Assembly: GCF_006345805.1 (NCBI RefSeq)
Contig: NC_043018.1
Coordinates: forward strand, 7,006,001-7,070,000
Source: Octopus sinensis
Lineage: Eukaryota
Reading direction: 5' to 3'
DNA length: 64,000 bases
A model generated the notes under the pieces. That model was not told where the DNA came from. It made no database searches and worked only from the letters and a program-made list of their open reading frames with translations. The position numbers and the translations under genes were made by a program. This document shows positions 38,238 to 52,170 of the stretch, in pieces (the first letter of the stretch is position 1; the number at the start of each line of letters is the position of its first letter).

Positions 38238-39141
38238 TGAGTGAGTGGACTGGTGTTTGCCTGCACCAGAAAGACACGTATTTTTTGGTGAAAATAATAA
38301 AAAGATTAATGTGAACTTGCCATGGGGGAGCTGCAAAACCAATATTTCAGGCAGAGTTCTTCCTCAGTAAAATACTGCCATGAATGAAATTAAAGAGAGA
38401 CAGCAGAGTTTTATGACAGACATGCACACAAGCTCATATGCTTAAAAGCCCCACCGAATGCAGTACCCCAACGTAATGTCGCCACCAATTTCCTGTCCAA
38501 CTACGCAGCCAAAGAAACTCTTTTCACCCATGTAACTGCTGTCACTTACTAAGCAATACTATCAATCGTGACATCAAGTGACCCTTCTTGACTAATTGGA
38601 GCCCATCTACCGGTAGTCATCTTGGACTTCCTGTACCTCTCTGGCCATTTAGATTCTTACCAGCCTGAGGAGATAGGCTCTGCTAGGAGCTTTAAAACTT
38701 AAAGTAGTACTGAATCCGAATCAAACTGCTTTGAATAATACATGTGACCCCCAATAAATGTTTTGTGTGCATTTCTTTCATTTGCCCCCTCATTCATATA
38801 TGTGTGTGTGTGTGTGTATGAATGTATGCATGCATGTGTGTGTATATATATATAGATATATATGTATGTATGTATAAATATATGTAGATATGTATGTATA
38901 TGTGTATATATATATATAGATAGATATATATAGATATGTATATGTATATATATAGAATGTATATATATGAATGTATATATATATATATGTCTATATATAT
39001 AGATATATATATATATATGTAGATATGTATGTATTTGTATGTATATGTATATATATAGATATGTAGATATGTATATGTATGTATATATGTATATGTATAT
39101 ATAGATAGATAGATAGATACATATATATTCATATCTATATT

Positions 39142-39186
<45 letters not shown>

Positions 39187-39383
39187 CCTTTGTTTTATTG
39201 CCTGTTCATTCATTAGAGGAACACACAAGGTGGGGAGAGTTCGACATTCCCCCAGTCACACCTAATGAGTCTTCCTGTTGCCTTTTCTATTTTATTTTAG
39301 GCCAGTTGTAATGAGCTACAAATAACACTCATTTTCCTTTTCTTCCTTTGTCTATATTCAGTCCCACTGCATGGCATCTTGGG

Positions 39384-39483
39384 NNNNNNNNNNNNNNNNN
39401 NNNNNNNNNNNNNNNNNNNNNNNNNNNNNNNNNNNNNNNNNNNNNNNNNNNNNNNNNNNNNNNNNNNNNNNNNNNNNNNNNNN
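39384..39483. other. Assembly gap (100 N)
   Basis: Run of N. Confidence 1.
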
Positions 39484-39575
39484 TAAGATCCATAACGGTT
39501 GGTCTTACCAATCAGTGTGTGTGAGTGACTATATAAGGATGGTCTTTTGTTTTCCAAATAAACACATGCACTATA

Positions 39576-39625
<50 letters not shown>

Positions 39626-39644
39626 TGTACATATATGTATATAA

Positions 39645-39685
<41 letters not shown>

Positions 39686-40189
39686 CATACATTCATACAT
39701 ACATATATGTATGTGTCTCTATATACACACGTGTGTGTAAGTGTGTGAGAGAGGCAGTGAGGCTATCAGTGCCAGTCTCTGTCAGCCTGAGATGTGTACA
39801 AGCTACACCAGTTCATATGAACTCAGAAGCTAACAACACACACATGAAAATGCATGTACGCATACACACAGACACACACACAGCGCAACACACACACACA
39901 TGCATTATATATAAGCGTGTTGTGTGTGTGTGATGTTTGTTCATTCATTGTTGAGCACAACCATTTTCTTACTGCAGACGTATTCCTTTAAGAGTTCTTC
40001 GCCATGAGCCTTCAGATGACCGTCATGCTGTGGCTTTACTTTAACCTCTTACCATCTAAACCAATCGTGTCTGGCCTGTATATTCCGCCTGTTTTATGTT
40101 CAAATTGACCAGGTCCAGTCTCTCACACCTACCCTACAATGTCGTTTTAAGACTGTGTGAATAAATAGGCATTACATTTGACAGATGTA

Positions 40190-40705
40190 ATCATCGTTTA
40201 ACGTCCACTTTCATGCTAGCATGGGTTGGACGATTTGACTGAGGGCTGGCAAACCAGATGGCTGCACCAGGCTCCAATCTTGATCTGGCAGAATTTCTAC
40301 TGCTGGGTGCCCTTCCTAATGCCAACCACTCCGAGAGTGTAGTGCGTGCTTTTACATGCCACCAGCACGGGGCCAGTCAGGTGGTACTGGCAATGACCTT
40401 GATCGAATCTTTTACATGTCACCGGCACAGGTACCAGTAAAGTGATACTGGTAATGATTACACTCGAATGGTATCTTTTATGTGCCACCGGCACGGAGAC
40501 CAGATAGCCGCTCTGGCAACGATCACGCTTGGATGGTGCTCTTAATACCCTACTAGCATGGGGCTTGAGTGCCAGTAAGGTGACGCTGGTAACGATCAGG
40601 CTCAAATGGTGCTTTTTAAGTGCCACTGGCACTGAAGCTGGTTAGCCACCCTGTCAATGATCACACTCGTATGGTGCTCTTTGCACCCTGCTAGCACAGA
40701 CGCCA
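40190..40705 (-). mobile_element. Family D RTE 3' UTR copy with multiple internal tandem units
   Basis: Repeated ggtgctttt.a.gtgccac.ggcac motifs. Confidence 0.7.
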
Positions 40706-40751
40706 AAGGAAAACAACCCTTTCACACACACACACACACACACACACATTT

Positions 40752-41660
40752 TAAAATTGGCTTAGAAGAAAGATTTCTGCTATTTTTCAATTCGTCACTT
40801 TTAAACAAAGGATTTTGTTTCTCACATAACAGGATAGAACTTATATAAATTTTCTGAAAGGTGTCATTTGAACATTTTTCTATTCTATTACTTCTACTGT
40901 TTTTACATTATCATAAGTTAAAAATGGAGGAAAATCTCATATATTTTCATCATTTGATGCTCCTCTCTATCCACAAGGGGAGAAAGAGCTGCAGAAACTG
41001 CAGAACAGATCTGTGCAGTTTATCGAAATGGTGCCAAAGCTGAGAGGAATGTTTTGAAAGTGGTTCGCTAGGTTGAGACATAAAAATTTTGATATGGAAG
41101 GTCGTAAACGTTTTGACAGGGTTACAGTTGTTGATAACCAAATCGAAACACTAATCAAAGATAACCCAGGTCACATGACAGAAGAGATGTTCCACACTTC
41201 TCATGTGACCATGACAAGGCATTTAAAAATCACTTGGATACATAAATCACCATCATCTTTAGATGCCTCATAATTTGATGGGAAAAAAAAAAACTTAATG
41301 GATGACATTTCCATTTGCGATTTTACTGCTGAAATATTATAAAACAACCCATTTTTGAAGAGAATGGTCACAGGTGGTAACAAATGGATTGTTCACAAAA
41401 ATGTAGAGTGGAAAGATCCTGGACAAAATGAAACGCACCACTTTTAACTTCTTGAAACGTTGGTCAGTATCTGAAGAAGCCAAAGCTCTGAGTTTGGTGG
41501 ACATTGGAAGGACATTGTTTATTACCAGTTTCTTCCACAAAATCAGTCATTGAATTCAGGTAATTATTGTTCCCAATGAGATTGATTAAAGAAGACAATT
41601 AATGAAAAACATCCAAAATTTGGCCAATTGGAAGATTGTAATTTTCTTCAGGACAACACA
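40752..41660 (+). mobile_element. Decayed mariner transposase (N-terminal HTH to second catalytic D), truncated by a SINE
   Basis: MEENL...KGRKAAETAEQICAVY...WFARLRHKNFD; PFLKRMVTGGNKW; ...IFLQDN across frameshifts. Confidence 0.8.
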
Positions 41661-41662
41661 AT

Positions 41663-42005
41663 TCCACCGAGATCGACTTTGCTTTTCATCATTTTGGGGG
41701 GTCAATAAATTAAGTACCAGTTACGCACTGGGGTTGATGTAATCGACTTAATCCATTTGTCTGTTCTTGTTTGTCCTCTCTGTGTTTAGCCCCTTGTGGG
41801 TAGTAAAGAAATAGTTATTTCATCTGCCGTTACGTTCTGAGTTCAAATTCCGCTGAGGTCGACTTTGCCTTTCATAATTTTGGGGTCGATAAATTAAGTA
41901 CCAGTTATGCACTGGGGTCGATATAATCGACTTAATCCATTTGTCTGTCCTTGTTTGTTCCCTCTGTGTTTAGCCCCTTGTGGATAGTAAAGAAATAGGT
42001 ATATC
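41663..42005 (+). mobile_element. SINE family A, headless dimer
   Basis: Two units. Confidence 0.8.
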
Positions 42006-42243
42006 CCTTCAAATTCATATACGTGTTACCATGAAGATATTTCATTTTTTTCTTTTACTTGTTTCAGTCATTAGACTGTGGCCATGCTGGGGCTCAAATT
42101 GACCAAAGCACTCACTTTTCTTTAAGCATGGTACTTACTCTATTGGTTTCCTTTGCTAAACCATTAAGTTACAGAGATAATACACACACATATACATATG
42201 TATATATACATACATACTACACACACACACAAATATTATATAT

Positions 42244-42279
<36 letters not shown>

Positions 42280-42290
42280 ATATATATATG

Positions 42291-42326
<36 letters not shown>

Positions 42327-42568
42327 TTATATATATATATATATACGTGATGGGTTTCTTTCAGTTTCCCTCTACGAAGTCCACTCACAAGACCACAAGA
42401 CTTTGGGCGGCCTGAGGCAATAGTAGAAGACACTTGCCCAAGGTGCCATGCAGTGGGACTGATCCCAGAACCATTCGGTTGGGAAGCAAGCTTCTTATCA
42501 CACAGCCACACTTAGTACACACACATACTCAAGCACATCACATGCATGCACACACACACATACATAAA

Positions 42569-42615
<47 letters not shown>

Positions 42616-42903
42616 GTTAACCTTTGATTGCCAAAGCCTTACTTCTCATGTTTCTTGTTGGCCAAAGCCGGACATAAAATGGACAGCAGGAAACTCGAAC
42701 CATAAATCGATGGAATTGTTACATCTTAACACATCATAAAATGGTCTATGGCATTTTTACTCCTGTTAAGAACGCGATTTGCTGTCAGACATTTTACAAA
42801 TAACAGATTTGCGTGTACATGCCTGTGTGTATGTATGTTTTAGTGTGCCCGTATGTCTGTGTGCATTAGCATGCATGTGAGTGTATGCGTGTGAGTCTGC
42901 ACA

Positions 42904-42936
<33 letters not shown>

Positions 42937-43160
42937 GTAATTATATATATATGTACATATGTGTGCAAATTTATATATGCATATGTGTATATATGTGTGT
43001 GTATATATGTGAGTATATATTTATATATGTATGAGTGTGTATATATGTAATGTATTATATATGTATGTATGGATATATTTATATATGTATGTATGTATAA
43101 ATTATATATGTATGTGTATATTATTTATATATGTATGTGTGTATATATATTGTTGTCTGC

Positions 43161-43197
<37 letters not shown>

Positions 43198-43396
43198 AAT
43201 ATATTATTTTTTACATTCTTTCATTGATATTTATTGTCATTATATTTTAAAATATTGCTATTTTAGATCGAAAATCACACTGAGATTGTCGGAGCAGACA
43301 TGAAACATTTGTAGTGGCGGTTTATTTAATTATATTAAAATTTATGTATTGATAAGTCTTTCCGTGTTGGTTTTAAATAGTGGTTTTGTCTCGAAT

Positions 43397-43460
<64 letters not shown>

Positions 43461-44359
43461 GGAGGATATGAGGAGTTTTCATAAAGATGGTTTTGAGTAC
43501 TCAAATAGGGGTGTGACCAAACTTCCACTTAGAACAATGGTTGAAGTTGTTGTTGAGTGATTGTCTTGCTCAAAAACAGCTAGAGGTGGCATCCCTTTGA
43601 GTCAGTAGGTATAGATTGAATCAGTGAGGAAAGGTACGATGCCTGTAAATGAGAATCACTGACATAGAACTTGTGCCATTTAATTTTCAATTAGATTCGT
43701 TATTTGGTTAAACACTTACCCAAATTGACTAATAATAATGAAGTGAAATTGAACCAGTGCATGTGTATTTACTATTATTGGCATGACCACCCTCCCAAGA
43801 CACAAGAAGATTGATTTCAACATACAAAACCACATCAAGAATTTTTCTAATCAAATACAAAAGTGAATATATACAGATACATGTACCTGGTAACATCTTA
43901 TATTGTTATTACAAGCTTTGACTTGCAGTGAAGTGCTTCTCTATTTTTCAACTGTGTGATCACAATTCAATTAAATTGCTGCACCCATTGTGGGGCAATA
44001 TGTAAGAGTTTCTCATAATGAACCAGAGGAATGGTACTCAATACATGGTGTAGCATATAATTAAATTATTTGGTTGATATATATTCTGTAGCTAACAAAG
44101 GTTTCTTGAATACAGACAGGAACTGGCTGAAGAAATTTAATTACAGTGAACATTTTTCTCTCATAAATATTAAATTACTTAAATACAAACACACACACAC
44201 ACACACATATAGGTAGGCGTTAAACAACGATGATAATGATAATATATATTTACATACACGCACACAGATAAATACATATATGCACAAATATATAAATACA
44301 CACACACGCACAAAGGCATATGTAGGGGAATATATATATGATCATCATCATCATCATTA

Positions 44360-44755
44360 TCATTTTGTTTCAGTTATTTGATTGTGGCCATACTGGAGCA
44401 CCAACTTGAAGGCGTTTAGTCAAGCAAATTGGCCCCAGGACTTATTTTTTTAAAGCCTAGTACTTATTCTATCAGTCTCTTTTGCTAAACTGCTAAGTTA
44501 CAGGAACATAAACATACCAATACCAATTATCAAGTGGTGATGGGGGAGGAGGAACACAGACACAAGACACACATACAGATACATACATATATACATACAT
44601 ACATACAACAAGCTTCTTTCAGTTTCCATCTACCAAATCCACTCACAAGGTTTGATTGGCCTGAGGCTATAGTAGAAGACACTTGCCCAAGATGCCATGC
44701 AGTAGAACTGAACCCAGAACCATGTGGTTGGGAAGCAAGCTTCATACCACACAGG
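44360..44755 (-). mobile_element. SINE family B, diverged
   Basis: Homology to other family B copies. Confidence 0.75.
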
Positions 44756-44923
44756 TATATTATACATCTGATATATATGTATATATTTGTTCACACACAC
44801 ACACAAACATGTTTACCTATCTGTCTATCTCTCCCTCTCTCTATGTATATGTATATACATACATACATATATATATATATATACATATATATTATATATA
44901 TTATAATATATATATATATATAC

Positions 44924-44959
<36 letters not shown>

Positions 44960-45228
44960 TTGTGTGTGTGGGTGTGTGTGAGTAGACTTTACATACAATC
45001 AAGAATACTAGGTTCCACTTAGAAATACAACACCAGGACTGATTTTGAGCTCGTGACCTATGAACAGGAAGTCCATTACATAATCCAAGTGTCTTGCTTA
45101 TTCCGTGTATAGTGTTTATTGTATATATACATACATATATATACACACACACATATATGCCCACACTCAGAAATATAATTACACATAGGCATTGTATTCT
45201 CACACATCTACAAAGATAACATATATGC

Positions 45229-45279
<51 letters not shown>

Positions 45280-45533
45280 CATAATCATATATATGTATAT
45301 GAATTAATCAAAAATATATAAAACTGGCATTTGGGAGTTGTTGACATTTAACATTTCTCAAATGTAAACATTACCATACTTTTACAGAGAGTAATTCCAT
45401 TGAGTGCTATTATATATACACATAGATACATACACAGATATATATTTGTGTATACATAACAGCATTCTTATAACATGTGTGCAAAGTGTGTGTTGTGTAT
45501 AAATACATACACACATACATACAATATATATAT

Positions 45534-45567
<34 letters not shown>

Positions 45568-45774
45568 CATGTATATGCATGTATATTCACATATACCAAT
45601 AATAATTGGTGTGTACTTAGTTCTGGAAGTAAATGTCTAAAACACAATCTGAATAAGCTGGGGCTTTCACAAAAAGAAATCAACCAAGTAACTTGCACAT
45701 TACAATTATAATTTATAAGTGGAACAGTAAAAATATGCAAAACCATTCTCAAGTTCAAAATGCAAATTTGATTT

Positions 45775-46330
45775 TCATCATCATCGTCATCATTGTTTAA
45801 CGTCCGTTTTCCATGCTAGCATGGGTTGGACGATTTGACTGAGGACTGGCAAACCAGATGGTTGCACCAGGCTCCAATCTTAGCTTGACAGAGTTTCTAC
45901 AGCTGGATCCCCTTCCTAACATTAACCACTCCAACAGTGTAGTGGGTGCTTATATGTGCCACTAGCACAAAGGCCAGACAGGCGGTACTTCAATGGCCAT
46001 GCTCAAATGGTGTTTTTTACGTGCCACCTGCACAAGTACCAGTAAGGCAACACTGGTAATGATCACACTCGAATGGTGCTTTTTACATGCCACTCAAGTG
46101 CTCTGGCAATGATCTTGCTCGGATGGTGCTCTTAGTGCTCCACTAGCACGGATGCCAGTCATCGAATTTGATTTCAATTTCAATTTCACTTGACTCAACA
46201 GGTCTTTGCAAGCTGAGTTTATTGTCCAATGAAGGAAAGGTACACATAAGTGGGCTAGTTACACTCCCTTGCATAGGCCACGAGGTTATGGTTTCACTTG
46301 CCGGGTCTTCTCAAGCACAGCATCTCCAAT
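45775..46330 (-). mobile_element. 5'-truncated RTE LINE: last codons plus family D 3' UTR
   Basis: Minus strand tggagatgctgtgcttgagaagacc (..AVLEKT) precedes the family D UTR. Confidence 0.7.
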
Positions 46331-46477
46331 TTCCATGCAACTTAGTTTCACTGGCTTTTGAAAAATACCTGACTTGTTCAGGCTTCTGAACAATCAAGGC
46401 TTGTGTTAGAAGCCTGTGAAACTTTGTCAAGTAAAGCTGATTTAAACAGTTTTAAATAACAATATAATATAATATAC

Positions 46478-46645
46478 ATAGGCCCAGAAGTGGCTGTGTG
46501 GTAAGTAGCTTGCTTACTAACCACATGGTTCCGGGTTCAGTCCCACTGTGTGGCACCTTGGGCAAGTGTCTTCTACTATAGCCTCAGGCCGACCAAAGCC
46601 TTGTGAGTGGATTTGGTAGACGGAAACTGAAAGAAGCCCGTCGTA

Positions 46646-46702
<57 letters not shown>

Positions 46703-46900
46703 TTGTGTTTGTGTTTCTCCCTCCTCTCACCAAACGATGCTTGTGTGTTTACATCCCCGTTACTTAGCGGTTCGGCAAAAGAGACTGATAGAATAAGTAC
46801 TAGGCTTACAAAGAATAAGTCCTGGGGTCGATTTGCTCGACTAAAGGCAGTGCTGCAGCATGGCTGCAGTCAACTAACTGAAACAAGTAAAAGAGTAAAA
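46478..46900 (+). mobile_element. SINE family B, full length
   Basis: Head gaagtggctgtgtggtaagtagc to tail gtaaaagagtaaaaga. Confidence 0.85.
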
Positions 46901-46904
46901 GAAT

Positions 46905-47320
46905 ATGCCAACAGCTCCATTAAAGAAGTGCTGGTCTCGCAAAGTGGATGGAACATGTGGAAGCGGGAGACCCAGGAAAACATGGGATGAAGTGCTGAAG
47001 AATGCCCTCAGGATGCTAAACCTTTCGGTTGAGAGGACAAAGGACGGAGATACCCAGTGCCATGCTGTACTCAAGAAGACTTGTACTCCACAGCAGAAGT
47101 GTTAAGACTAGTCCTGATGGTATAAAGCACCCAAACAGTGCCATTTAAAAGCACCCAGCTTACTCAGTAAAGTGGCTGGCATTAGGAAGGGCATCCAGCT
47201 GTAGAAATCATGTCCAATCGGAGTGGATTGAGGTGCAATGCCCCAGTGTGCCAGCTCTGGTCAAACGGTCCAACTCATGCCAGCATGGACAATGGACATT
47301 AAATGATGTTGATGATGGTG
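46905..47320 (+). mobile_element. RTE LINE 3' end (ORF C-terminus plus family D UTR)
   Basis: KKCWSRKVDGTCGSGRPRKTWDEVLKNALRMLNL..., typical RTE G-R-P-R-K-x-W motif. Confidence 0.75.
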
Positions 47321-47394
47321 ATGTATCTATGTATACACACACTGTAAACATATATGTAGATATAGATATATATGCATGTATAGATATGTGTATA

Positions 47395-47788
47395 CTCTTT
47401 ACTCTTTTACTCTTTTACTTGTTTTAGTCATTTGACTGCAGCCATGCTGGAGCACCGCCTTTAATTGAGCAACTCGACCTCAGGACTTATTCTTTTGTAA
47501 GCCCAGTACTTATTCTATCGGTCTCTTTTGCTGAACCGCTAAGTAACGGGGACATAAACACACCAGCATCGGTTGTCAAGCAATGCTAGGGGGACAAACA
47601 CAGACACGCATATACATATATATACATATATACGACAGGCTTCTTTCAGTTTCCGTCTACCAAATCCACTCACAAGGCTTTGGTGAGCCCGAGGCTATAG
47701 TAGAAGACACCTGCCCAAGGTGCCATGCAGTGGGACTGAACCCGGAACCATGTGGTTGGTAAACAAGCTACTTACCACACAGCCACTC
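47395..47788 (-). mobile_element. SINE family B, full length
   Basis: Homology to other family B copies. Confidence 0.85.
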
Positions 47789-48184
47789 ATGTAAAAAAAT
47801 ACAAACTGGGACAAGAACGCAAAACATTTAGAAGGCGATACAAAAAACACAGATGGGACATTCGAAGCCTTCAATCTTCAGTCAAGAACCGGATCATCCT
47901 CGCAATTTCGGCTGATTAATCTTGAGATCGCACCGATCCGGCCAGCCCCAAAGGAAAATCTAAGTCAAGTGCATTAGATTCCTTGGAAGAAAGCCTCGAA
48001 TGTATACAAAACAAGGACGGAAAAACGGACAAGGTTACACGAATAAGAATACAAAGATACAATTGTATATATATATATATAAAGAGAGAGAGAGGAAGAA
48101 ATGAGAATGTATTCATACACATGCATATATATGCATATACACACATGCATACATACATATGCACACATACATATGCATTCAAAC

Positions 48185-48221
<37 letters not shown>

Positions 48222-48775
48222 TGTGTGTGTATCTGTTTCTGAATTCAGTTCTGTATCCATGTGTCCCCGTGTGCATGTATGTATTTGTGTGTGTGTGTGT
48301 GCACATATATGTGTTGGGTGGGTGTTATTTTTATAGGCAATTAAAAGCAGCAAATAACATTTACTGGAAAAATTTTCTCAATATGAAAATAGAATATATA
48401 ATGTGTGTGTGTATGTGTGTGTGTGTGTGTGTGCTCGCGTATGTGTGCGAATGTGTCCAAGACACCCACATGAGTTGGAATTGGTCTTCTGAGAGTTTGG
48501 CAGCTTTGAAGAGAATCTGAGAATAAAAATTTTTAGATGTGAAAATCTGAAGAGAGTTAAAAGATATTTTAAAATTCCTCTTTGCCAATTGATTCCAGAA
48601 ATAACCAGGATATCATCCAAACGAGGAGCCAGGAACCAACACCCACTGATGTATTCCTATATTGTGACTGGATTACTGAGAACTGTACTTTGGGTCCCTC
48701 TCTATCCCTCCCTCCCTCCCTTTCTCTCTGATGTAGAAAAGACCATTTCTTCAACTGTCTGTCTGTATAGCTGTC

Positions 48776-48857
48776 TGTATATCTATCTTTCTATCCATCT
48801 GCCTGTCTATCCATCTGCCTATCTATCTATCTATCTATCTATCTCTCTATCAATTTG

Positions 48858-48888
<31 letters not shown>

Positions 48889-48901
48889 CTCTATCAATTT
48901 G

Positions 48902-48943
<42 letters not shown>

Positions 48944-49110
48944 AATTTGTCTATCTATCTACCTACCTATTTATCTATATATCTATCAATTTGTCTATCT
49001 ATCTATCTATCTATCTATCTATCAATTTGTCTATCTATCTACCTACCTATTTATCTATCTATCTATCTCTCTATCAATTTGTCTTTCTATCTATCTATCT
49101 ATCTATCAAT

Positions 49111-49159
<49 letters not shown>

Positions 49160-49231
49160 AATTTGTCTATCTATCTATCTCTCTATCTACCTATCTATCT
49201 CTCTATCTACCTATCTACCTACCTATCTATC
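48776..49231. repeat. (TATC)n array with periodic caatttgtc interruptions
   Basis: Direct inspection. Confidence 0.9.
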
Positions 49232-50860
49232 TATTGACGATAGACTCAGCTGATAAACCGACTCGTCCCACACGTGACAGCAGTTGTTCGACATAAGCCC
49301 AAAGGTCGGAAATTGTTGGACACTGCACGAGTGCGTGCAGAACGGTTTCGTCGCTCTGACCGCATCTGGGGCAGGTCGGCCCCGTGTTTCTCGAGCCGTG
49401 TCTGTAGAGCTTATCCCGAACAGGTAGCGCTTCTCGGTAGCACTGCCTGGCCAGGGATCTCTGGAAGTTGTCCATGGGCCCTGGCCCGAAAGTCGTCCCG
49501 AACAGGCAGGTCAGGTACACCTCGTCGACGTCCAGGTTCGCCCCGAGCTCGTCATCATACCTCCCCTCCACTAATCCCCTATAGAATGCTTTGGTTGTGA
49601 TGAAGTCACTCAAGGTCGACCCAGGACGGCAGAGTTGCTTGAGAGCAACGCGACACTTGCGGTGCCAGAGTTGCTTGAGAGCAACACGATACTCGCGGTG
49701 CCAGTGTTGCGTTGCTCTCAAGCAACTCTGCCGTCCTGGGTCAACCTGAGTGACTTCACACAACCAAAGCATTCTATAGGGGATTAGTGGAGGGGAGGTA
49801 TGACGACAAGCTCGGGGCGAACCTGGACGTCGACGAGGAGTACCTGACCCGCCTGTTCTGGACGACTTTCGGGCCAGGGCCCATGGACAACTTCCAGAGA
49901 TCCCTGGCCTGGCAGTGCTACCGAGAAGCGCTACCCGTTCGGGATAAGCTCTACAGACATGGCTCGAGAAACACGGGGCCGACCTGCCCGCAATGCGGTC
50001 AGAGCGACGAAAACCATTCTGCACGCACTCGTGCAGTGTCCAACAATTTCCGACCTGTGGGCTTATGTCGAACAACTGCTGTCACGTGTGGGACGAGTCG
50101 GTTTATCAGCTGAGTCTATCGTCAATATTGTCATGCCTCCTTCCTTCAAACGGGAGGAAGAGCTATTTTCATCATCCTTGTGGCTATGGCGAAAGAATGG
50201 TATCTGGTGGACACGTCTGAAAGGATTGGAGACAACACTTTCTTCTCTGGTCAATCTCTCATCAACTTCTTCAAGTACCACTTGAAAAGGAAAGTGAGAG
50301 TAGAGAGGCAAGTTTTGTCTAGCGAATGTTTTAAAAAAAGATGGGTGAATGTAGCAAGGATGGCACGTATGAATGACGAAGCCACCTTGAGCATAATCCT
50401 ATGAACCCAGAAATTGAAAACAGAGGGTTACCCACTTGCAAACAAATGTGGTAACATATAACAATATTGACCAAGGTTACCGTGGTCTTTTTTGTAGGCT
50501 TTTCTTCTCACAGATAAACCTTACTTGCTTTCCCCTTTACACCATATATCATAACACTGTGATACACGATCCCTATTGATCGTATTTTTTTTCCTCTTCC
50601 CCTTTTTTCTTCTTTTTTCATTTCTCTTTTCTTTTGTTCCTTTTCCTTTTCTTTTTTTTATTTTATTTTATTTATTTTTTTTATTTTTTATTTTATTTTT
50701 TTGTTCTTCTTTTTCCCTTTTATGATCCCTTTTGATCGTAAACCTACGCCACCTTTTTTTTTGTTTCTTTTGTTTTTTGTTTTTTTCATCCCCCAAAAGA
50801 AAAGCTCTACCTTGTAACTTGTCCCATCTTTGTGCAGCCCTGTGTGGCCAATAAAGAAAC
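49232..50860 (+). mobile_element. 5'-truncated Tx1/L1-clade LINE (ORF2 C-terminus, T-rich 3' UTR) with 5' inverted duplication
   Basis: zf-RVT-type CPRCGQSDETVLHALVQC; stop at 50402-50404; AATAAA at 50850-50855; arms 49232-49657 and 49703-50127. Confidence 0.85.
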
Positions 50861-51690
50861 TTATCTATCTAGCTACCTTTTTATCTATTTATCTGTATAC
50901 ACACACACACAGGTATACACACACTCACACATATATGAAGAGGGCAAGAGAGAGAGAAATGTATGTATTGTGAAGCACAGCATGTAACCAAAGTTTGGGT
51001 TCAGTATTTGGTCCCACTCTGCAACCTTGTACCTAGTGCAGTACAATTCAGGGCATGAAATCATGGGTTAGGAAAATGCGTGGAATTTGAGCCCTAAAAT
51101 AGTATTAATAAAATGCAGAAAACATACATGTGTTTCGACAAATTGTTGTAAGGATTACATAATCCTGAATATATATATGTATTGTATTTCAGGATGGTCA
51201 TTTTATTTATTTATTTTTTTGCCAAATAAACACATGCACTATACACACAACACACACATATATATTCCCTCATTTATTACTGTTCTTATTTTATTATTTT
51301 AAACAAAAAGTGTCGCTGAAGAGGTCACAGATGTATGGAGAAAGGTTTTTGGACAATGGACAGGCTTAAAATAAATAAAATAGGAACAGTAATAAATGAA
51401 TGAAGAATATATATATATATATATATATATACTCTTTTACTCTTTTATTTGTTTCAGTTATTTGACTGTGGCCATGCTGGAGCACCGCCTTTAATCGAGC
51501 AACTCGACCCCGGGACTTATTCTTTTGTAAGTCCAGTACTTATTCTATCAGTCTCTTTTGCCGAACTGCTAAGTAATGGGGACATGTAAAATGCATTCTT
51601 CTCATCAGGAAAGAAAGAGAGTCTATCTCAACAACAAGACATTAAAACAATTACGATGTATGTGTGTGTGTGTGTGTATATATATACATA

Positions 51691-52135
51691 TATTTCGTTT
51701 TTGGATTTGGTTTGCAAGATTCTTTATATGAGTTCGTGTGTTGAAGCATATTCTGTTGTGTCTGGGGAGAGTCATTCTCTTTTAGTGCCTTATTATTTAA
51801 CACACTCACCGGTAAAATTTCCACTTATTCCTTATTTCTATTGTCCTAGAATTTTCATTGTATCTTACAACCTTTTCAATAGTCTTGACTCTGTCCGTTA
51901 TTTATACTGCATGTGTAAATAACGCAGTGTAAATAACGGACAGTCAAGACTATTGAAACGGTTGCAAGATACAATTCTAGGACAATAAAAATAAGAAAAA
52001 AGTGGAAATTTTACCGGTGAGTGTGTTAAATAATAAGGCACTAAAAGAGAATGACTCTCCCCAGACACAACAGAATATGCTTCAACACACGAACTCATAT
52101 AAAGAATCTTGCAAACCAAATCCAAAAACGAAATA
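51691..52135. mobile_element. Fold-back MITE, copy 2, full length (445 bp, 13-nt loop)
   Basis: tatttcgtttttggatttgg...ccaaatccaaaaacgaaata; arms meet at 51911-51923; inside (TA/CA)n. Confidence 0.9.
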
Positions 52136-52139
52136 TATG

Positions 52140-52170
<31 letters not shown>

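Noticed and set aside
43271-43318. ctgagattgtcggagcagacatgaaac hammerhead-like motif
   Set aside because: Core is one base short and stems I and III are unconvincing.
47851-47886. CTGAAGA...GAA hammerhead-like motif on minus
   Set aside because: A15.1 is missing, stem II has a 1-nt loop and stem I is not evident; too degenerate.
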